From: a virus
Virus record (IMG/VR): IMGVR_UViG_3300033141_000124
Span: 32,001 to 96,000 of that record
Reading direction: 5' to 3' (one strand)
Length of the DNA: 64,000 nucleotides
The notes beneath the pieces are model-generated. The model worked only from the letters and a program-made list of their open reading frames with translations, ran no database searches and was not told where the DNA came from. Made by a program: the position numbers and the translations under genes. Below, piece by piece: positions 52,401 through 61,300 of this stretch. How positions within the stretch are numbered: position 1 is the stretch's first letter; each line of letters begins with the position of its first letter.

Positions 52401-55341
52401 GTTTTAGGCGTATTTCTTGTTTCATTTTTTCATACTGAGGCCCTATCTTCTTAACATATGCATCCTCTGATAAAGATCCATCCTCCTCAAAGTTAAGCAT
52501 AAAGTCATACCGTCTATTAGCTTTTACATTTGGTTGTAACTTTCTTAATTTTTCAAGAGGTTCAACTATTCTTTTTTGTCTATTTTCTCTTCTTTGTAAG
52601 TAGTCTAGCCATTTTCTTTTATAAACTTTATCTAATGTTGCTAATAATGCATCTCTACCAGAAGATACATCTCTTAAAAATCTTTCACCCATTCCAATAT
52701 CAGGTACAACTGTTAACAGTGCTTCCATATCTGCAATTGTAAATGTCATCTGAGAATGAGACTGAAGTACAGTATTTTCCCCTTCATCAAAACCACTTTG
52801 TACATTTGCTACAATTACATCAGCAACAAAGTCAAACAAAGCTCTATTTATTAAACCTTGTCTACCATTCTCTCTTTCGGATGGAGGGCCTAATAATTCA
52901 TTAACTATACCTTCAATGTTATTAATTAAATACCTTTGAGTTGCATTTAACTCTTCATAACCTGGTTCTTTTAAAATATATAATCCCTCAAAAGTTTTTA
53001 AATACTTTTCAAAATTTGAAAGATAATCTGCAAATTCTGGCTTTGCAAAATTATTAGGATCAATTATATATTCTTTATATTCTTTCATTTGTCTGAAAGC
53101 ATCCTGCAATAACTGAGTATATGCTACAGAAACATCTTGGTTGTTTTTAGGATCTGCTAATGCAAAGTTTATAATAGACAAAGTGTTATCTATTTGGCTT
53201 ATCATTCCTGGTTTTGATCTATCAATAAATATATTATTCTTAGCCTTATTAAGCATTTCTTTTTTAGATATAACTCTTGTTTTGTATTCATCTATAGCAC
53301 CTAATAAATAACTTAAAGGTTGATTCTCATATGGATCAATTTGAGTTACTTCTCCTAGATCATTATCATCAGTTCTTGCATCATAAAGTTGACCATCTAA
53401 TCCGCCTTGTTCAAACTCTTTGTCTAGTTGTTCACCGGCTAAATCATATAAATTTTCTGCAATTAATAAATCTACTAGATATTTATTCTGACTTATAGGT
53501 CTTGGAATTATATTTATTCCGTCTTGCTCTATCTTAAACGTACTTGCTTCAAGGTTATCTTCTTGCATCTCTACTTTATATCCTTGGTTTTCTACCATTC
53601 TTCTTAGTAGATTTACTTCAAGCATGTCTAATACATCCTGGCTCAGACTTGTTATGTTATTGTTTCCTAATAAAGATTCAGATGGTATCTTAACAATTTT
53701 ATTTCCATCTCCTTTATCTATAGATAGTTTAGATATTCTAATCTTACCAAACTTATCTATCATTACTAAATCAGCAATACCCGCTATCTTAGACTTAGGA
53801 TCAGAAAAAACTACATTAGTTACTAGTACATCTCCTTCTTGTCTAAGGGTTGCTATAGAGTCATTTATATTATTAAATACTTCTTCAGAAATACTTATAT
53901 CACTTTGTATATCTTGATAAGTCTGATTTAGTGCTATAGCATCTAATACTTTTCTATAATCTATACTAAGAGAGTCCTTAAATGTATCTCTATTTCCTAT
54001 TGCATCACCAGTTGATAAGTATCTTAAGTTACTATTTAGATCATAAAAACTATTATTAGAATTATTATATACTACTAAATTATTTACAAATGTGCTAGGA
54101 TTAGTACCTGCCAAAGTATCTGATTCATTTTTAGATTCTTGTACTGCTTGAAACAAATTTTTAACTACTATACGCTGTTGATCAGTAGAAGCTACAGCAT
54201 TAGCTTGATTTACTATTGCTTGTTTGCCATCAGATAAACTATATCTAACTCTTCCATTTGGTTTTCTACCTATCTCAAATCTAATACCATTGGTATTTAA
54301 CAGTTTTGCTATGTCAGACATGCTAGCATTTGGATTAATATTAGATACAGGTATTCTTCTTCCCGTTAGATATTGGTTGAAGTTTTGTATCATATTTCTA
54401 AACCACTCTAATAATCTTCCTATTACATCTTTAAATGATTGTGTAGGAGCCTCTTCATATTCTTTATTGAAGTGTCTACTCAATGCTTGAGTTACTATCT
54501 CCATTTCTCTTTCTTCAGCATTCACTCTTCTTTTAGAGTTATAAGCATCCTCTATTTGCTGTGTCATCTCAGGAAAGTTTGTCTTGGCTTCTTTTAATAA
54601 GCTTTCAAACAATGGTATATTATCAACCTTAACCGCCTCTATAAAGGGGTGTAATACTTCTTCTATTGCTGTTTCATCAGTAACTCTACCTTTGACAAGC
54701 ACTACTTCATTATTAACAAAGTAAGAGTTTATGTTGGCAAATGGAACTTTTGCTTTTTGCCACTTAGGTAAGTTATCATATTGTTTTTGTGCTTGAGTTG
54801 GTGATAAAAGTTTTACATTAACACCAGGGAATAGTCTAACTAAATGTTTAACTACATGCCTTGCTCTAGTCATGTCCCATGATCTAGATTTCTCAATCAT
54901 ATCTTTAGCAGAAAACAAAGATGCATCAACAGTAACAGCAAAAGTCTTAGGTGTCTTGTCTAGTTTTATTGAAGACTCAGGTAAATTATTTATTTCTAAA
55001 TATCTTTTCAGTCTTTTGATATTAGATTTAACTAGATCATCACTAGGTCTAATAGCATCAACTCCTTGCTCTGTATTATTAATATAGTAAGCACCTTGAA
55101 AACTATGAATAATTCTTTCTCTTCTTAGATTATTTAATAATGACTCACCAAATTCTCTTTGCTTTAAATTATGTAAAGCTCTTTTTTCTGAAGCATAGTT
55201 TCTTGCTTCTGTTACTGTTGGAATAGCCTCACTACCTGTAGCTCGTTGCCAGCTTTGAATTACGTTAGTTGTCATCAAATCTGTTTTATAAACTGCTAGT
55301 AAAGCTTTATACTTAACTGTATTTTTATTAGGACACTTCAT
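49495..55341 (-). CDS. Large internal virion (cargo/ejection) protein of crAss-like phages
   Basis: 1948 aa directly after the vRNAP gene; N-terminal CPN; degenerate zincin-like EEVLHP; VHGNY...LFQFKKWL; C-terminal hydrophobic helices. Confidence 0.8.
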   Translation of the reverse strand: MKCPNKNTVKYKALLAVYKTDLMTTNVIQSWQRATGSEAIPTVTEARNYASEKRALHNLKQREFGESLLNNLRRERIIHSFQGAYYINNTEQGVDAIRPSDDLVKSNIKRLKRYLEINNLPESSIKLDKTPKTFAVTVDASLFSAKDMIEKSRSWDMTRARHVVKHLVRLFPGVNVKLLSPTQAQKQYDNLPKWQKAKVPFANINSYFVNNEVVLVKGRVTDETAIEEVLHPFIEAVKVDNIPLFESLLKEAKTNFPEMTQQIEDAYNSKRRVNAEEREMEIVTQALSRHFNKEYEEAPTQSFKDVIGRLLEWFRNMIQNFNQYLTGRRIPVSNINPNASMSDIAKLLNTNGIRFEIGRKPNGRVRYSLSDGKQAIVNQANAVASTDQQRIVVKNLFQAVQESKNESDTLAGTNPSTFVNNLVVYNNSNNSFYDLNSNLRYLSTGDAIGNRDTFKDSLSIDYRKVLDAIALNQTYQDIQSDISISEEVFNNINDSIATLRQEGDVLVTNVVFSDPKSKIAGIADLVMIDKFGKIRISKLSIDKGDGNKIVKIPSESLLGNNNITSLSQDVLDMLEVNLLRRMVENQGYKVEMQEDNLEASTFKIEQDGINIIPRPISQNKYLVDLLIAENLYDLAGEQLDKEFEQGGLDGQLYDARTDDNDLGEVTQIDPYENQPLSYLLGAIDEYKTRVISKKEMLNKAKNNIFIDRSKPGMISQIDNTLSIINFALADPKNNQDVSVAYTQLLQDAFRQMKEYKEYIIDPNNFAKPEFADYLSNFEKYLKTFEGLYILKEPGYEELNATQRYLINNIEGIVNELLGPPSERENGRQGLINRALFDFVADVIVANVQSGFDEGENTVLQSHSQMTFTIADMEALLTVVPDIGMGERFLRDVSSGRDALLATLDKVYKRKWLDYLQRRENRQKRIVEPLEKLRKLQPNVKANRRYDFMLNFEEDGSLSEDAYVKKIGPQYEKMKQEIRLKQLDSNGVPFVYAPVYNLVEAQKSEQGRKDIEYNKKLADVKREFSDFMRAEKTVDGRPVDGDFHRYSEEFKAARAKNEVWNGKMWQKRRGLSDTDYNMYRAQYYEDTRYTKAFRKNGVPTGQVKLDAKFSFVRPEFVEIREQAADGMDMRSQKYIDIMEPKVNDALAQARREVYDMFIEEYADGPNALLNLLPRDVRNQMLGKIPVVRDNLATNLKSDPAGGLFIRLWAKTQRSIKNLFTSTTEQKTVIIDEQGRMVDTLPIMFTGNPRVEERLTKLENQIKQLKLDYKNKKIGLAQYTKERALLESKVQKQRSQPTLGEVSTDLGSSLLMFSDMAEKFAALGEIEGTINALIKVIEKREYIEPGGNKFTGVLDKIIPEKFNLKGRQGLGKDQANVVARAHKWAKMVFYDNDEISKGFWDKFAMGLITWSSQSYVAWNIFGNINNLAIAQINNAIEGVANRFITRGSYLRAEALYTKEALPGIVKRTGAVATEAADIFLGSEEAPVGAIKGGVIGSVIGTAVAGPLGTAVGGAIGGSTGAFISGKELKERSYKPDQANNKYEGLGEYWRMMDADVDIRESGMDNTRGQQNRFQRGMSIGYLFQDGFEYAVQTKIGTGILGDVQVIDSKTGESSNLIDAANFNPITGKIYYDKKWDTIIPEYKTGIKVPIENDALNDQGSKIYADIRNKIRDVNKEVHGNYARMDRTVVQSFWLGKLLFQFKKWLPPALRARYQGEYFNSTLGWMEGRYASTWKLAAYLKKNIVKGRLDLRNIISEYKDELKADMNSSPQGPMNEDGSPMGAASIAQRIDNKIKNVNRTMAEASFIIMSLLLFSMLDKAWDDDEDDDLWVKKLKNWSKYQTDRVYTELILFVPFFGMGEASGFLERPIASTRTLGALTEALTLSVQTPYNWISRESDQEFYQNKDIVYQNRPRKGQLKVYKQWKDALPILYTLQKWTTFEKMDNFYLGNN

Positions 55342-58300
55342 TATAAATTACATCTTTTAATTTGTTCTATTAGATCTTCAGGCTTTGACCAAAAAGAATT
55401 AGGATTATTTTCATACAAATCTATTAAATCTTCTAGAGTATTCACATTATTTTGCTCTTTAAATGCTTCTACTTGCATTGAAAATTCACCAGACTCAATA
55501 TTATTATCCCAGAATTCTGTTATTTCAGGATAACCAACTGCTGGATCTGTCTCACTTAATAAGTCTAATGTCAATTGTACACTTTCAGTTATAGGAGGTA
55601 CAATATTATCATCTATGATTCCAACTTCTTCTATACCTAACTCATCTGTTGCAGCTTGAAAATCTGCCTCTAAGCTAGCCAGCTTATTTACATCATCTAT
55701 ATTTACTTGCGTACCATCTGCAGTTTCAATAATTATATCTTCTCCATTATAAACTGTGTTGAAAGAAGGATTACTTAAAGCCTCTTCTTGTATATCCTGC
55801 TCAATTGCAGCATCTGCAAAGTTCTGACTCATGTCTAACCCCTCATCATTTTTAATTTGTGAATTAGACTTTCTTAAATCTTTAGTCAATGGTACATCAC
55901 CAAATATAAAACCTATAGCATTCTGAAGAGGAGAACCTTTTATGTCTACAACTTTAGCATCTGTGTAATATTCATTAGATTGTACTAATTGTTGTGCTGT
56001 CTCTATACCTTCAATATCTTCTTCTTGTAATCTTCTATAGGTAATTGATTTTCTTTCACCAGTTATAGGATCTGTAGGGCTTAATGTTTTATATACAATA
56101 GGCATATCCTCTACCCTATTGTCTTGTTTCTTTATTGCTAATAAATCTTGAGAAGAAGCTGCAGATAAATAATTTCTAATAAACTCTCCTCCTACCATTG
56201 GTATGTTATCTAGATTCTGAGGTATAGATTGTAAGTAGTCTTCTAATACATATGGGCTTAAAGCTTGTATCAAAGAACCAGGAGCTAATTGCATAGCATC
56301 TTTTACAAAAATATATGCTATAATCTTTCTAGCATCTTTTCTTGTATCTAAGTTATTATACAATTTGTTAAATGAAGTTTGTAAATCAGACATTTGAATT
56401 CTATTCAATCTTCTCCAACTATTTGATCTTACTAAATTTATACCAGCAAAGTTCTGTTTTGCTTGTGCTGGTAAAGTAGTTATAAAGTTTTCTAAAAAGA
56501 AATTTCCAGGATCTGTTTTCTTAAGCCTTTCTACTGCACTTATAATAGTATTTAATTTATTATCTGCTGAAGGATAAATTAAATTATTATTCATGCCCTC
56601 TACAGAGAATGCATCACTATCTAATTTTTGATTTATATAATTTTGTATAGTAAAGTATGCTAATATATCTTTTCTAACTTTAGATCTTAAATTAGGATTA
56701 AACTCTAGTGCCTGTTGATTTAACTCTCCAAGCAAATTAATCTCAGATACTTTAAATTTATTAGTTCTAGTTAAGAAAACGTTTGGTAATAAATCATCAT
56801 AAAGATTATCAAACATTTTACGCAACTCTCCTAAATATGTATTATTAAATATTGAACCAAACTGTAACAATGGTAATTCATCTCTTCCCTCTTCCAGCAT
56901 GTCATTTATATCAGATTTTCTCTTGTCTAATCTTAACATGTCTTTTCCTAAACCATTATTTAAACTTAGTACACTATTTAATTTAGCAGTAAAATCACTT
57001 ATCCGCATTATATTTTTAAATACACTTAAGATACCTTTCTGTTGACCAGCAGTCAAATTACTCATATTATCTACACCAGCTATTAGTATTTCTTGTGTAG
57101 GCTCTAAAGCTTTTACTTTTTCAAGCTCTGCCAGCTGATCATCTACACGTCCTTTTATACCTTTAGTAGCTATATCACTATTAGCTATTTCTGTATATTG
57201 TTGTTGGATAAACTGATTATTTAATAACAATAAAGATGTATTTAATGGTACGCCTATAGCTATCATATTAGTAAGCATACGTGTAGCATGTGAGTTTAAA
57301 CCCAACTTAGCAACAAAATATTCTTTAGCATTGTCAGTCATCATAGTAACCACAGAAGATATAATATCTTGTTTTCTAGCTCCATCTTTAGTTTTAGAAC
57401 CCTTAAATGTACTATAGAATTCCCCATCTAAATTAAATGATTGTCTATCAAGAAGAATTCCTCTTTGTACAATAAGACTTAAATACAAGTTTGGACTTAC
57501 AACAGACCCAATAGATGCACCCTTATTATTAGTGAATGCTATTGTTTGACCAGCCATGTCATCTATATTTTGTAAGTCAACTATCTCTCTTGATTTTAGA
57601 GAAGGAACAAAAGCTTCACTTGAAAGAGTTTCCCATGCTGCTTTCATAATATCTAAGTTAGCTGGACTATATGCAATCATATCACCAGATGTCATTTCCT
57701 TATTGCCTACTAACTCTCTTCTGATATCTACTATTTCATTATTTATAGGTGCATCATATGGTGCATAACCATTCTCAGCTATAAACTCATTGAATTGTTG
57801 TTTTGTTACTGGTAGACTTAATGCTTGTAAAGCACCAATTGATTCTCTACTAAACCCTGCTGTCTCAGCAGATGTATCTTCTATATCTGTTAATGAATCT
57901 TCAATTAAAGATCCTTGCAAGTTATACAGTTCTAATGCTGAGTTATATATTGTACCTACTTCTTTTACTTCTCTGTTTATATAATTTACATAATCCTCAT
58001 AGTTATTTCCATACTCTATAAACTCTTTATCTCTTACATAAAAATCTTTTCTTTGAGAATATCCAACATCAATATCAAAATCTGATCCTGCTATTTCTAC
58101 TAACTCATCTGCAAACATAGCAGAAGATCCATAGAAAGCAGGTAAAAAGTCAACCATTCTTACACCCATAGCAGAATGTTTATCCTGACTAGGTATACGT
58201 ACTGTAAACATATCACTTACTACTTTTGGAATTGATTGATCAGTGTCTTGTAAACTATAAACAGACTCAAACTGTGGAGGGTAGATACCTTCTGAATATT

Positions 58301-61300
58301 TATTTCCTGTTGCCTTACCACTATCATCATACTCTGGCATATTATATCTTAAACGGTCAAGTATTACAATCCCTTCTTTAGGAATATCTATACCTACCAA
58401 ATCTTCTGCAGTACGTGTATCAACTGGTATATTTGTTCTGTCAACCACACTTGCTCTTAAAACTTCTTGTCTTTGTGGAATACCGTTACTGTCTACACTA
58501 AACACACGTCTATAAATTTGATAACCAAAAGATGATACTAATGCAAAAGAAGTACCAGGTACTTTCTCTTGAAATACATCTTGACTAAAGTATGATAAGA
58601 ATAATTGCTCAAACTTAGCAATTGTATATGGGTTATTTAAATTATACTTTGGTTGATTAAACTTATCTAAACTAAAGAACTCAATTATATTTGAATTAAC
58701 CTGTGATGCTTTTAATGAATTGACTGCATACTTACTAAATAAAACAGGATTAAATTTATTATTCTCATCAAATGATAAATTTCTCTTATTAAAGAACTTC
58801 ATTCTTTGTCTCTGTGATATTAGATCATTATATCTTTCTATCTTTTTACTTAACCTTGGAGATTGTTCATTAGTAATTAATGTTTTCATTTGACTCAACT
58901 CAGTAATCTTTTTCTTATTAGAAGGATTTATTTGTTGAAGTCTCATAAATTGTGCAGATAAAGTTGAACTCTCCTGTGAGAAACCTGGTTCAGGCATTTT
59001 TAATTCTTGATAAGGAATTATATCTTGCTTTAACATTTTAATTGCACTTAATGGTGCCGCAATAGAAACAGTTTCAGTACCCTCTTCTAAAGCTTCTAGT
59101 CTAACTCTTAAGTTATGTAAAGAAACTGCATTAGGTTTTGCTACAAATAAGCCATCTGCATTTCTCTTTGATGTAAGTTCAGGAGTAAGTACAAAGGCTG
59201 ACATCTTTAAGAATGTTTCTCCATCAAAATAAACAAGCTTCTTAGAGTTAATCATCCCTTGTTGATCAATAAGATTTTGTATCTCAGACCATTCTAATCT
59301 TTCACCTTGTTGAACTTTGTCTAATGCTTGAGCTTGTGCATCTGATAGCATACCAAACCCAAAGAAGAAATGTCTAAATGCTTTTACAGTAATCCACATT
59401 TGTGCATCTGCATTATCAATAGATTGTCCACTTATACTTGATATAGACGTTGGTTCACTAATAGTAATTAAATTTATTTTATCTGTTGCATGATTAATAC
59501 CTTTCTGTGGATCTATAAAAGGTGTATATGCTGATAATCCAGCACCATTCTGTGCCTTAGCTCTTTTTGTTTTATCATTAAAATTCTTTAAAGTTTTTGC
59601 TTGATCTCCTAATAGTAATTCATTTAAAGATTTTACATTAATTGCATTACTTAAAAATATTTGTTTCAAGTTATACTCTTCATCATTTTGTCTTAGATTA
59701 TATAAAGCATCAACACCATTATCAATAGCATTTTCATTTAAACCAAATCTAATTCTTTTATCTATCTTTTCTCTTACATTATTAGAATCAATTAAATCTT
59801 TAAATAGTAAATATCTTTCACCTAATTTTTTTCTTAATTGATTTTTAAATTGTGTTACACTAAGACCAGAGTTTTTAAGTGCTTGTTCAAAAGATATAGG
59901 CTCACCTTTAGCTTGACCCTCTAACGCTACTTTTGTTGCAGGCTCTAGAAGGTAATCATTATTAGCAAAAGTAAATCCTCTTGGAGTTACTTCAGAATCT
60001 TCTAAATTATATCCTTGTACACTTTGTGTTAACTCATCTGCATTTCTTTCTCTAACAATTCTATTATACTCATTTTTTACAAAATCATAGAATACATCTA
60101 AAGCTTCAGAAGTTATTACATCTTTTCCTTTGACCTTTTCTATAGCTTTTATAATAGGCAATGTAGTAAGATCCCCAGTGTTTGAAGATTCTATAACTCT
60201 ATTAAGTACAGGAGATAATGCTACTTCTGTTTCTATACCAGATACCGGGTCCTTTACTAATACAAAACTACTAACGTTATCTGTAAGATAGTTTAAATTA
60301 GCTAGATAAAGATTTATATTACTTATAATAAACTCTCCTGGAGTAAATTTACCAAAGTCTGTTGTCTTAAGTGCACTACTTCTATTTGGATCAAGCTCAG
60401 TGCTTAATTGATTTAATATTTTAGTACCAGATACTCTTGATATTTTAATCTGTTGATTATCTGCCAAAGCATTAAATGCTTGAGAGTTTAGTAAATAATT
60501 ATTATTTAAGAAAGGATCTTCTTTAAGTCTATTTCTTTCCTCTACAGAATTTAATTTTTTTGTTTTAACCAAATGATAAGTAGGCTGTTGATGTGAATTT
60601 ACTAAATCTCCATTAGAGTTTTTAAATACACTAGCCCCAACAGTTTCATCTAACACAGCATTATTTAGTGCTATTGTTTTAATTCTTGAAGCTGCTCCTT
60701 CAATACCTTTATCAAAAGGATCTTGACCAGCTGCAATTAAAGATTGTAAAGCTTGTAGTTGATCATATGTAATAGGTTCTAAATTAGGATAGAAAGCTAA
60801 TTCTGTTTCTTGATTCTTAAATTTTTTGACTCTAGATTTTAATAAACTAAACCTCATATATCCTACACTCACTCTAAATCCTATTGCTTCATATAAGTCT
60901 CTTGATAAATCTTTAGCTAATTTATTTACAGTTTTATTTTGAATTTTCTCATTAGCTTGACGTAATGAGTTTTTAACTTTGGCTAAAGTCTTAAGTGCTC
61001 TAGTTTTCTTTCTAGGGTCATCTTGCCACTCTTGAAGTTTACTAGTATAAGCTTCACTCCAATTATCTACTTGTGTAGTTGCGTCATCTCTTTGAGATGC
61101 TGAATGAATTAATGTGTTACCATTATCATCTCTTTGTTGGAAATACCACTCAACTCTAAAATTAGTAAATGCTTTTACTACTTTATTAAAGAAATCAGGA
61201 TTCTTAAGTTGTAGAGGTAATTCATTTATTACTTCATCCTTTTCATTTAAAGGTATAATACCAGCATCTTCAAATATACTTGACACTACAGCAGCTGTAT

